Shown here: positions 26,301-38,868 of the stretch, piece after piece
Layout of the letters: each line of letters begins with the position of its first letter
Numbering within the stretch: position 1 is the stretch's first letter
DNA from: Lytechinus pictus
Lineage: Eukaryota
DNA: 64,000 bases
Direction of reading: 5' to 3'
Assembly: GCF_037042905.1 (NCBI RefSeq)
Contig: NC_087251.1
Span: 11,100,001 to 11,164,000, forward strand
The notes under the pieces: model-generated
Told to the model about the DNA's origin: nothing
The model's database searches: none
The model's input: the letters and a program-made list of their open reading frames with translations, nothing else
Position numbers and translations under genes: made by a program

Positions 26301-29300
26301 GCCCCTAGAATGATCATCAATTCGACACCCCCCTTTCCTACTATTAACATCAATTTGCACCCGCAGGTTGAACATCAATTTGGCTCCCCTAGGTTGAGCA
26401 TCAATTCGGCGCCCCTATGTTGAACATCAACTAGGCGCCCCTAGGTCGAACATCAATTTAACATCACCCACGTTGAACATCGATTCGCCCCCCCCCCCCC
26501 AGTTGAACATCATCTTGGCGCCCCAAAGTCGATCATCCATTCGGCGCCATCCGCCTGAGGTTGACCATCAACTGCAATTCTATTGTCTATTCAACGCCCC
26601 CCCCCCCCATTCGGCGCCCCTAGGTCATACATCAATTCGGTGCCCCCTCCTAGGTTAAGCGTCAATTTCGCCCCTCTATGTTTAACATTAAATTGGCACC
26701 CCCTAGATTGAACATAAATTTTCGCTCCTTGGTTCAACATCTATTTGGCACCCCCATGTTGAATAACACCTAGGCACCCCAAGGTTAAACGTTCATTCGG
26801 CACATCCCTATGTCGCACATAGACTCGACGCCTCTACGGCGAACATGAATTCGGCGCCCCTAGGTCGAACAACAACTCGGCGCCCCTTAGTATAACATCA
26901 ATTCAACAACCCCCCTATGTCAAATATCACCTTGGCGCCCCTAGAATAATCATCCATTCGGCACCCCCTTCTAGGTTAAGCATCAGTTCGGCGCCCCCTA
27001 GATTGAACATCAATCTGGCGCCCTAGGTGGAACATCTATTTGGCACCCCCCATGTTGAACAACACCTAGGCACCCCTAGGTTGAACTTTCATTCATCACC
27101 TCCCTATGTCAAACATCGACTCGGCGCCTCTACGGCGAACATGAATTCGGCGCCCCTAGGTCGAACAACAACTCGGCGCCCCTTAGTATAACATCAATTC
27201 AACAACAACCCCTATGTTGAACATCACCTTGGCGCCCCTAGAATAATCATCCATTTGGCACCCCCTTCTAGGTTGAGCATCAATTAGGCGCCCCCTAGAT
27301 TGAATATCAATCTGGCGCCCTAGGTGGAACCTTTAGTTGGCACCCCACCCATGTTGAACAACACCTTGGTGCCCCTAGAATGATCATCCATTCGACACCC
27401 CCCCTACGTTTAACATCAATTTGCACCCGCAGGTTCAAAATCAATTTGGCACCCCTAGGTTGAGCATCAATTCGGCGCCCCTATGTCGAACATTAATTTA
27501 ACATCCCCCATGTTGAACATCAATTCGCCCCCTCCCCAGTTGAACATCACCTTGGCGCCCCGAAGTCGAACATCCATTCGGCGCCATCCGCCTGAGGTTG
27601 ACCATCAACTGCAATTCTATTGTCTATTCAACGCCCCCCCCCCCCCCATTCGGCGCCCCTAAGTTATACATAAATTCTTTACCCCTCCTAGGTTAAGCAT
27701 CAATTTCTCCCCTCTATGTTTAACAAAAAATTGGCACCCCCTAGATTGAACATAAATTTTGCGCTCCTTGGTTCAACATCTATTTGGCACCCCCCCTATG
27801 TTGAACATCACCTTGGTGCCCCTAAAATGATCATCCATTTGGCACTCCCTTCTAGCTCGAGCATCAATTCGGTGCCCCCTTGATTGAACATAAATTTGGC
27901 GCCCCTAGGTGGAACATCTATTTGGCACCCCCCATGTTGAACAACACCTAGGCACCCCAAGGTTGAACGTTCATTCGGCACCTCCCTATGTCGAATATCG
28001 ACTCGGCGCCTCTACGGCGAACATGAATTCGGCGCCCCTAGGTCGAACAACAACTCGGTGCGCCCTCCTAGGTTTAATATTAATTTCGACCCCTCTCTAG
28101 GTTTAACATCAATTCTGCGCCCCCTATTCTCTATTGTCTATTCGACACCCCCCTCCCATTTGGGGCCCCTATTTCAACATCAATTTGTGCCCGCAGTTCG
28201 AGCATCAATTTGGCGCCCCTACGTCGAACAACAACTCGGCGCACCTAGGTCTAACATCAATTCAACACCCCCCCCCTATGTTCAACATCACCTTGGCGCC
28301 CAAAGAATGATCATTCATTCGGCACCCCCCTTCTAGCTCGAGCATCAATTTGGCGCCCCTACGTCGTACAACAACTTGGCGCACCTAGGTCTAACATCAA
28401 TTCAACACCCTCCCCTATGTTCAACATCACCTTGGGGCCCCTAGAATGATCATTCATTCGGCACTCCCTTCTAGGTTGAGCATCAATTAGGCGCCCCCTA
28501 GATTGAACATCAATCTGGAGTCCTAGGTGGAACATCTATTTGGCAACCCCAATGTTGAACATCACCATGGCACCCCTAGAATGTTTTTCCATTCGACACC
28601 CCCAGCCTAGGTTTAACATCAATTTGCACCCGCAGGTTGAACATCAATTTGGCTCCCCTAGGTTGAGCATCAATTCGGCGCCCCTATGTCGAACATCAAT
28701 TTGTGCCCGCAGTTCGAGCATCAGTTTGGCGCCCCTACGTCGAACAATAACTCGGCGCACCTAGGTCTAACATCAATTCAACACCCCCCCCCCTCTATGT
28801 CCAACATCACCTTGGCGCCCCAAGAATGATCATTCATTCGGCACCCCCCTTCTAGCTCGAGCATCAATTTGCCGCCCCTACGTCGAACAACAACTTGGCG
28901 CACCTAGGTCTAACATCAATTCAACACCCTCCCCCTATGTTCAACATCACCTTGGGGCCCCTAGAATGATCATTCATTCGGCACTCCCTTCTAGGTTGAG
29001 CATCAATTAGGCGCCCCCTAGATTGAACATCAATCTGGAGCCCTAGGTGGAACATCTATTTGGCACCCCCAATGTTGAACATCACCATGGCACTCCTAGA
29101 ATGTTTATCCATTCGACACCCCCAGCCTAGGTTTAACATCAATTTGCACCCGCAGGTTGAACATCAATTTGGCTCCCCTAGGTTGAGCATCAATTCGGCG
29201 CCCCTATGTCGAACATCAACTCGGCGCCCCTAGGTCGAACATTAATTTAACATCCCCCACGTTGAACATCAATTCGCCCCCCCCCCCCAGTTGAACATCA

Positions 29301-31394
29301 CCTTGGCGCCCCAAAGTCGAACATCCATTCGGCGCCATCCGCCTGAGATTGACCATCAACTGCAATTCTATTGTCTATTCAAAGCCCCCCCTCACCCATT
29401 CGGCGCCCCTAGGTCATACATTAATTCGATGCCCCCTCCTAGGTTAAGCATCAATTTCGCCCCTCTATGTTTAACATTAAATTGGCACCCCCTAGATTGA
29501 ACATGAATTTTGCGCTCCTTGGTTCAACATCTATTTGGCACCCCCCCCCCCTTGTTGAACATTACCTTGGCGCCCCGAGAATGATCATCCATTCGGCATT
29601 CCCTTCTAGGTCGAGCATCAATTCGGCGCCCCCTAGATTGAACATTAATTTGGCGCCCCAAGGTGGAACATCTATTTGGCACCCCCCATGTTGAATAACA
29701 CCTAGGCACCCCAAGGTTGAACGTTCATTCGGCACCCCCCTATGTCGAATATCGACTCGGCGCCTCTATGGCGAACATGAATTCGGCGCCCCTAGGTCAA
29801 ACATCAATTCGGTGCGCTCTCCTAGGTTTAACATCAATTCTGCGCCCCCTATTCTCTATTGTCTATTCGACACCCCCCTCCCATTTGGCGCCCCTATTTC
29901 AACATCAATTTGTGCCCGCAGTTCGAGCATCAATTTGGCGCCCCTACGTCGAACAAAAACTCGGCGCACCTAGGTCTAACATCAATTCAACACCCTCCCC
30001 CTATGTTCAACATCACCTTGGGGCCCCTAGAATGATCATTCATTCGGCACTCCCTTCTAGGTTGAGCATCAATTAGGCGCCCCCTAGATTGAACATCAAT
30101 CTGGAGCCCTAGGTGGAACATCTATTTGGCACCCCCAATGTTGAACATCACCATGGCACTCCTAGAATGTTTATCCATTCGACACCCCCCGCCTAGGTTT
30201 AACATCAATTTGCACCCGCAGGTTGAACATCAATTTGGCTCCCCTAGGTTGAGCATCAATTCGGCGCCCCTATGTCGAACATCAACTCGGCGCCCCTAGG
30301 TCGAACATTAATTTAACATCCCCCACGTTGAACATCAATTCGCTCCCCCCCCCCCCCAGTTGAACATCACCTTGGCGCCCCAAAGTCGAACATCCATTCG
30401 GCGCCATCCGCCTGAGATTGACCATCAACTGCAATTCTATTGTCTATTCAAAGCCCCCCCCTCACCCATTCGGCGCCCCTAGGTCATACATTAATTCGAT
30501 GCCCCCTCCTAGGTTAAGCATCAATTTCGCCCCTCTATGTTTAACATTAAATTGGCACCCCCTAGATTGAACATGAATTTTGCGCTCCTTGGTTCAACAT
30601 CTATTTGGCACCCCCCCCCCCCCCTTGTTGAACATTACCTTGGCGCCCCGAGAATGATCATCCATTCGGCATTCCCTTCTAGGTTGAGCATCAATTCGGC
30701 GCCCCCTAGATTGAACATTAATTTGGCGCCCCAAGGTGGAACATCTATTTGGCACCCCCCATGTTGAATAACACCTAGGCACCCCAAGGTTGAACGTTCA
30801 TTCGGCACCCCCCTATGTCGAATATCGACTCGGCGCCTCTATGGCGAACATGAATTCGGCGCCCCTAGGTCAAACATCAATTCTGCGCCCCCTATTCTCT
30901 ATTGTCTATTCGACACCCCCCTCCCATTTGGCGCCCCTATTTCAACATCAATTTGTGCCCGCAGTTCGAGCATCAATTTGGCGCCCCTACGTCGAACAAA
31001 AACTCGGCGCACCTAGGTCTAACATCAATTCAACACCCTCCCCCTATGTTCAACATCACCTTGGGGCCCCTAGAATGTTTTTCCATTCAACACCCCCCGC
31101 CTAGGTTTAATATTAATTTGCACCCGCAGGTTGAACATCAATTTGGCTCCCCTAGGTTGAGCATCAATTCGGCGCCCCTATGTCGAACATTAATTTAACA
31201 TCCCCCACGTTGAACATCAATTCGCTCCCCCCCCCCCCAGTTGAACATCACCTTGGCGCCCCAAAGTCGAACATCCATTCGGCGCCATCCGCCTGAGGTT
31301 GACCATCAACTGCAATTCTATTGTCTATTCAACGGCCCCCCCCCCCATTCGGCGCCCTAGTTAATACATCTATTTGTGCCCCCTCCTAGGTTAA

Positions 31395-31789
31395 AGAGAA
31401 ATTCCAGTAGTTGCAGTAAACACTGATTTCATGAGAAAGTCTGTAAAACCAGGCTTAATTGTCAGTATATCATCGAGGATCTAGATCTGGTACAGTTACA
31501 TAAACTGAACTTTGTGAAATCTTGAAATCTACGCTGAATAATGTTCAGACTGAACTTCCCCAACACAGATAAGCGCACGTGGGACAGTGTATAATTATTG
31601 CTTTGGGCGTCGGGCCCGACGCTCTACCCGAATCCTGTGCTTATTTGCTGATTTATCAGCAATTACACAATTTCTTCCAGAATCCTTTGGCACATGCGTT
31701 TTATTTATACAAACAGACACTTTGGTGGTCATTTCATTGGATTCTGTACGAACTCATTTTGATATCGTTACCAAAACTAGCATTTACCT
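31395..31789. mobile_element. Kolobok-type non-autonomous element (395 bp) inserted in the satellite
   Basis: The empty site cctaggTTAAgcatcaatttcgcc is seen in sister units. Here TTAA is duplicated (31391-31394, 31790-31793) around agagaaattccagt ... actagcatttacct (imperfect TIR). Confidence 0.88.
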
Positions 31790-34700
31790 TTAAGCATCAA
31801 TTTCGCCCCTCTATGTTTAACATTAAATTGGCACCCCCTAGATTGAACATGAATTTTGCGCTCCTTGGTTCAACATCTATTTGGCACCCCCCCCCCCCTT
31901 GTTGAACATCACCTTGGCGCCCCGAGAATGATCATCCATTCGGCATTCCCTTCTAGGTCGAGCATCAATTCGGCGCCCCCTAGATTGAACATTAATTTGG
32001 CGCCCCAAGGTGGAACATCTATTTGGCACCCCCCATGTTGAATAACACCTAGGCACCCCTAGGTTGAACGTTCATTCGGCACCTCCCTATGTCGAACATC
32101 GACTCGGCGCCTCTACGTCGAACATGAATTCGGCGCCCCTAGGTCAAACATCAATTCGGTGCGCCCTCCTAGGTTTAATATTAATTTCGACCCCTCTCTA
32201 GGTTTAACATCAATTCTGCGCCCCCTATTCTCTATTGTCTATTCGACACCCCCTCCCATTTGGCGCCCCTATTTCAACATCAATTTGTGCCCGCAGTTCG
32301 AGCATCAATTTGGCGCCCCTACGTCGTACAAAAACTCGGCGCACCTAGGTCTAACATCAATTCAACACCCTCCCCTATGTTCAACATCACCTTGGGGCCC
32401 CTAGAATGATCATTCATTCGGCACTCCCTTCTAGGTTGAGCATCAATTAGGCGCCCCCTAGATTGAACATCAATCTGGCGCCCTAGGTGGAACATCTATT
32501 AGGCACCCCCAATGTTGAACATCACCATGGCACTCCTAGAATGTTTATCCATTCGACACCCCCCGCCTAGGTTTAATATCAATTTGCACCCGCATGTTGA
32601 ACATCAATTTGGCTCCCCTAGGTTGAGCATCAATTCGGCGCCCCTATGTCGAACATTAATTTAACATCCCCCACGTTGAACATCAATTCGCTCCCCCCCC
32701 CCCAGTTGAACATCACCTTGGCGCCCCAAAGTCGAACATCCATTCGGCGCCATCCGCTTGAGGTTGACCATCAACTGCAATTCTATCGTCTATTCAACGG
32801 CCCCCCCCCCCATTCGGCGCCCTAGGTAATACATCTATTCGGTGCCCCCTCCTAGGTTAAGCATCAATTTCGCCCCTCTATGTTTAACATTAAATTGGCA
32901 CCCCCTAGATTGAACATAAATTTTGCGCTCCTTGGTTTAACATCTATTTGGCACCCCCCCCCCCCCCTATGTTGAACATCACCTTGGCGCCCCGAGAATG
33001 ATCATCCATTCGGCATTCCCTTCTAGGTCGAGCATCAATTCGGCGCTCCCTAGATTGAACATTAATTTGGCGCCCAAAGGTGGAACATCTATTTGGCACC
33101 CCCCCCCCCCATGTTGAATAACACCTAGGCACCCCTAGGTTGAACGTTCATTTGGCACCTCCCTATGTCGAACATCGACTCGGCGCCTCTACGTCGAACA
33201 TGAATTCGGCGCCCTAGATCAAACTTCAATTCGGTGCGCCCTCCTAGGTTTAATATTAATTTCGACCCCTCTCTAGGTTTAACATCAATTCTGCGCCCCC
33301 TATTCTCTATTGTCTATTCGACACCCCCCTCCCATTTGGCGCCCCTATTTCAACATCAATTTGTGCCCGCAGTTCGAGCATCAATTTGGCGCCCCTACGT
33401 CGAACAAAAACTCGGCGCACCTAGGTCTAACATCAATTCAACACCCTCCCCCTATGTTCAACATCACCTTGGGGCCCCTAGAATGATCATTCATTCGGCA
33501 CTCCCTTCTAGGTTGAGCATCAATTAGGCGCCCCCTAGATTGAACATCAATCTGGCGCCCTAGGTGGAACATCTATTAGGCACCCCCAATGTTGAACATC
33601 ACCATGGCACTCCTAGAATGTTTATCCATTCGACACCCCCCGCCTAGGTTTAATATCAATTTGCACCCGCAGGTTGAACATCAATTTGGCTCCCCTAGGT
33701 TGAGCATCAATTCGGCGCCCCTATGTCGAACATTAATTTAACATCCCCCACGTTGAACATCAATTCGCTCCCCCCCCCCCCCCCAGTTGAACATCACCTT
33801 GGCGCCCCAAAGTCGAACATCCATTCGGCGCCATCCGCTTGAGGTAGACCATCAACTGCAATTCTATCGTCTATTCAACGGCCCCCCCATTCGGCGCCCT
33901 AGGTAATACATCTATTCGGTGCCCCCTCCTAGGTTAAGCATCAATTTCGCCCCTCTATGTTTAACATTAAATTGGCACCCCCTAGATTGAACATAAATTT
34001 TGCGCTCCTTGGTTTAACATCTATTTGGCACCCCCCCCCCCCCCCCTATGTTGAACATCACCTTGGCGCCCCGAGAATGATCATCCATTCGGCATTCCCT
34101 TCTAGGTCGAGCATCAATTCGGCGCTCCCTAGATTGAACATTAATTTGGCGCCCAAAGGTGGAACATCTATTTGGCACCCCCCCCCCATGTTGAATAACA
34201 CCTAGGCACCCCTAGGTTGAACGTTCATTTGGCACCTCCCTATGTCGAACATCGACTCGGCGCCTCTACGTCGAACATGAATTCGGCGCCCTAGATCAAA
34301 CATCAATTCGGTGCGCCCTCCTAGGTTTAATATCAATTTCGACCGCTCTCTAGGTTTAACATCAATTCTGCGCCCCCTATTCTCTATTGTCTATTCGACA
34401 CACCCCCTCCCCTTTGGCCCCCCTATTTCAACATCAATTTGTGCCTGCAGTTCGAGCATCAATTTGGCGCCCCCCCCCCTATGTTGAACATCAATCTGGC
34501 GCCCTAGGTGGAACATCAATCTGGCAACCCCATGTTGAACATCACCTTGGCGCCCCGAAGACGAACATCCATTCGGTGCCATCCGCCTGAGGTTGACCAT
34601 CAACTGCAATTATATTGTCTATTCAACACCTCTCCCCCATTCGGCGCCCCTAGGTCATACATCAATTCGGTGCCCCCTCCTAGGTTAAGCATCAATTTCG

Positions 34701-35926
34701 CCCCTCTATGTTTAAGATTAAATCGGCGCCCCCTAGATTGAATATAAATTTTGCGCCCCTTGGTTCAACATATATTTGGCACCCCCCATGTTGAACATCA
34801 CCTTGGTGCCCCTAGAATGATTATCCATTCGGCACTTCCTTCTAGATCGAGCATCAATTCGGCGCCCCTAGGTCTAACATCCATTCGGCACCCCCCTAGG
34901 TTTAATATTAATTTGCGCCTGCAGGTTGAACATCGATTTGACGCCCTTAGGTCGAGCATCAGTTCGGCGCCTCAATGTCGAACATCAACTAGGCGCCCCT
35001 AGGTCGAACATCAATTCAACACCCCCCTCCCCCCATTTTGAACATCACCTTGGTGCCCCTACAATGATCATCCATTCGGCACCCCCTCCTAGGTCGAGTA
35101 TCAATTCGGCGCCCCTTAGATTGAACATCAATTTGGCGCCCCTAGGTGGAACATCTATTTGGCACCCCTCCCCCAATGTTGAATATTACCTAGGCGCCTC
35201 TAGGTCAAACATCAATTCGGTGCGCCCTCCCCCTAGGTTTAATTTCAATTTCGACCCCTCTCTAGGTTTAACATCAACTCTGTGCCCCATATTCTCTATT
35301 GTCTATTCGACACCCCCAATTTGACGCCCCTATTTCAACATCAATTTGTGCCCGCAGTTCGAGCATCAATTTGGCGCCCTTACGTCGAACAACAACTCGG
35401 CGTCCCTAGGTCTAACATAAATTCAACACCCCCCCCCCTATGTTGACCATCACCTTGGCGCCCCTAGAATGATCATTCATTCGGCATCCCCTTCTAGCTC
35501 GAGCATCAGTTCGGCGCCCCCTAGATTGAACATCAATTTGGCGCCCCAAGGTGGAACATCTATTTGGCACCCCCCATGTTGAACAACACCTAAGCACCCC
35601 TAGGTTGAACGTTCATTCGGCACCTCCCTATGTCAAACATCGACTCGGCGCCTCTACGTCGAACATGAATTCGGCGCCCCTAGGTCAAACATCTATTCGG
35701 TGCGCCCTCCCCCTAGGTTTTATATCAATTTCGACCCCTCCCTAGGTTTAACACCAATTCTGCGCCCCCTATTCTCTATTGTCTATTTGACACCCCCCCC
35801 CCATTTGGTGCCCCTAATTCAACATCAATTTGTGCCTGTAGTCCGAGCATCAATTTGGCGCCCCTACGTCGAACAACAACTCGGCGCCCCTAGGTCTAAC
35901 ATCAATTTAACACCCCCCCCTATGTT

Positions 35927-36471
35927 TATTTATTTATTTTTTATTTTTATTTATTTCAAATCTTTATCCAGAGTAGCCTGTTCAGCTTTATACAAACAAA
36001 TATGTAAAATTACACAATATATACAATTAAAACGTTCATTAAAAATCGCTGGTCTTCCACAGGGCTCTGCATTAATACCAAAACATATAATTCATAACAT
36101 AAAGAAAACATAAGTAAAGAAGACATATATACACATCAAAATAAGATTCAGAATGAGAAAGTAAAAGGACATGGTAAGACAGGGAGAAAGAGATAGAGAG
36201 AGAGAGAGAGAGAGAAAAAAAGGTGGCAGAGGCAAACAGAGAGAGAGGCAGAGAAGTGGAGAGAGAGGCAGAGAAGTGGAGAGAGAGGGAAGAAAAATGT
36301 GAGAGAGGGAGAGAGCGAAAGGGAGTTCAGGAGCAAATAAAATTATGTAATATTTGACCAGTCAAGCATATTCTTATGAACAGCATAAGATAGCATAGGA
36401 AAAAAAAACCAAATTGAGGAAGTGATCATGCATTTCTAATAAAACATAATACATGTATCATGGGCTGTAAG
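35927..36471 (-). mobile_element. 5'-truncated CR1/L2-group LINE 3' end
   Basis: The minus strand ends cagagccctgtggaagaccagc...gctgaacaggctactctggataaag...(aaat)n. Flanked by a duplicated tatgtt (35921-35926, 36472-36477). Confidence 0.75.
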
Positions 36472-36856
36472 TATGTTGAACATCAATCTGGCGCCCTAGG
36501 TGGAACATCTATTTGGCACCCCCATGTTGAACATCACATTGGCTCCCCTAGAATGATCATTCATTCGGCACCCCCTTCTAGGTTGAGCATCAAATAGGCG
36601 CCCCCTAAATTGAGCATCAATCTGGCGCCCTAGGTGGAACATCTATTTGGCACCCCCCATGTTGATTATCACCTTAGCGCCCCTAGAATGATCATTCATT
36701 CGGCACCTCCTTCTAGGTTGAGCATCAATTAGGCGCCCCCTAGATTGAACATCAATCTGGCGCCCTAGGTGGATTCTATTTGGCACCCCCCATGTTGAAC
36801 ATCACCTTGGCGCCCCTAGAATGTTCATCCATTCGACACCCCCTAGGTTTAACATC

Positions 36857-37193
36857 TTTTTAAATTTTAAATTTCATTATTGCCTTTTAATTTGAAATCA
36901 ACTTTTCTATGTCTATCTAATTTATTTTATCTATATATATTGCTTTGTATGTAATTTGTTAATTAGTATCATGTTTTTAAGGATACCGTATACTTGCTAC
37001 TCTGTTTTCTGTTATGATATGAGTTAAGTTATTTAGAATATTTCTGTGTATATTTCATATGTATTTAAATGTTTTTATACTTGTCATATATTCCATATTT
37101 ATCATGTATTCCAGGGCCCCACGGGAGACCAGTTTATTGCTGAGTGGGCTACCCTGGTTAAATATATTGAAATAAATAAATAAATATATAAAC
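36857..37193 (+). mobile_element. 5'-truncated CR1/L2-group LINE 3' end
   Basis: AT-rich UTR, then cagggccccacgggagaccag...gctgagtgggctaccctggttaaata and an (aaat)n tail. Flanked by a duplicated aacatc (36851-36856, 37194-37199). Confidence 0.78.
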
Positions 37194-38868
37194 AACATCA
37201 ATTTGCCTCCCCTGGGTTGAGCATCAATTCGGCGCCCCCAGTTGAACATCACCTTGGCGCCTCTAAGTCGAACATCCATTCGGCGCCATCTGCCTGAGGC
37301 CCGGGGCCTGAGGTTGACCATCAACTGCAATTCTATTGTCTATTCAACACCCCCCCCCCCATTCGGCGCCCCTAGGTCATGCATCAATTCGGTGCCCTCT
37401 CCTAGGTTAAGCATCAATTTCGCCCCTCTATGTTAAACATTAAATTGGCGCCCCTAGATTGAACATAAATTTTGCGCCCCTTGGTTCAACATATATTTTG
37501 CACCCCACCCCCATGTTGAACAACACCTAAGCACCCCTAGGTTGAACGTTCATTCGGCACCCTCCTATTTTGAACATCGACTCGGCGCCTCTACGTCTAG
37601 CATGAATTCGGCGCCCCTAGGTCAAACATCAATTCGGTGCGCCCTCCCTCCTAGGTTTAATTTCAATTTCGACCCCTCTCTAGGTTTAACATAAATTCTG
37701 TGCACCCTATTCTCTATTGTCTATTCGACACCCCCCATTTGGCGCCCCTATTTCAACATCAATTTGTGCCTGCAGTTCGAGCATCAATTTGGCGCCCCTA
37801 CGTCGAACAACAACTCGGCGCCCCTAGGTCTAACATCAATTCAACACCCCCCCCCCTATGTTGAACATCACCTTGACGCCCCTAGAATGATCATTCATTC
37901 GGCACCCCCTTCTAGCTCGATATCAATATCAATTATGCGCCCCCTATTCTCTATTGTCTATTCGACACACCCCCCCCCCCATTTGATGCCCCTAATTCAA
38001 CATCAATTTGTGCTTGTAGTTCGAGCATCAATTTGGCGCCCCTACGTCGAACAACAACTCGGCGCCCCTAGGTCTAACAATAATTTAACACCCCCCCCCT
38101 ATGATGAACATCAATCTGGCGCCCTAGGTGGAACATCTATTTGGCACCCCCATGTTGAACATCACCTTGGCGCCCCTAGAATGTTCATCCATTCGACAAC
38201 CCCCCCTCCCTAGGTTTAACATCAATTTGCGCCCGCTGGTTGAACATCAATTTGGCTCCCCTAGGTTAAGCATTAATTCGGCGCCCCTATGTCAAACATC
38301 AACTCGGCGCCCCTATGTCGGACATCAATTCAACATCCCCCCACGTTAAACATCACCTTGGCGCCCCGAAGTCGAACATCCATTCGGCGCCATCCGCCTG
38401 AGGTTGACCATCAACTGCAATTATATTGTATATGCAATACCCCCCCCCCCCCACATTCGGCGCCCCTAGGCCATACATCAATTCGGTGCCCCCTCCTAGG
38501 TTAAGCATCAATTTCGCCCCTCTATGTTTAGCATTAAATTGGCGCCCCCTAGATTGAATATACATTTTGCGCCCCTTGGTTCAACATCTATTTGGCACCC
38601 CCGCCATGTTGAACATCACCTTGGTGCCCCTAGAATGTTCATCCATTCGACGGACCCCCCACCCTAGGTTTATTATCAATTTGCGCCCGCAGGTTGAACA
38701 TCAATTTGGCTCCCCTAGGTTGAGCATCAATTTGGCGCCCCTGTGTCGAACATCAACTCTGCGCCCCTAGGTCGAACACCAATTCAACATCCCCCACGTT
38801 GAACATCAATTCGGTGCCCCCCCCCCCCCCCAGTTTGACCATGAACTGCACCTCTATTGTCTATTCGA

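Noticed and set aside
38799..38868. N-terminus of the 443 aa ORF as the true LINE start or a satellite-LINE fusion protein
   Set aside because: It starts at a TTG inside satellite sequence upstream of the insertion junction, so it is a chance open frame. ORF2 is also broken downstream.
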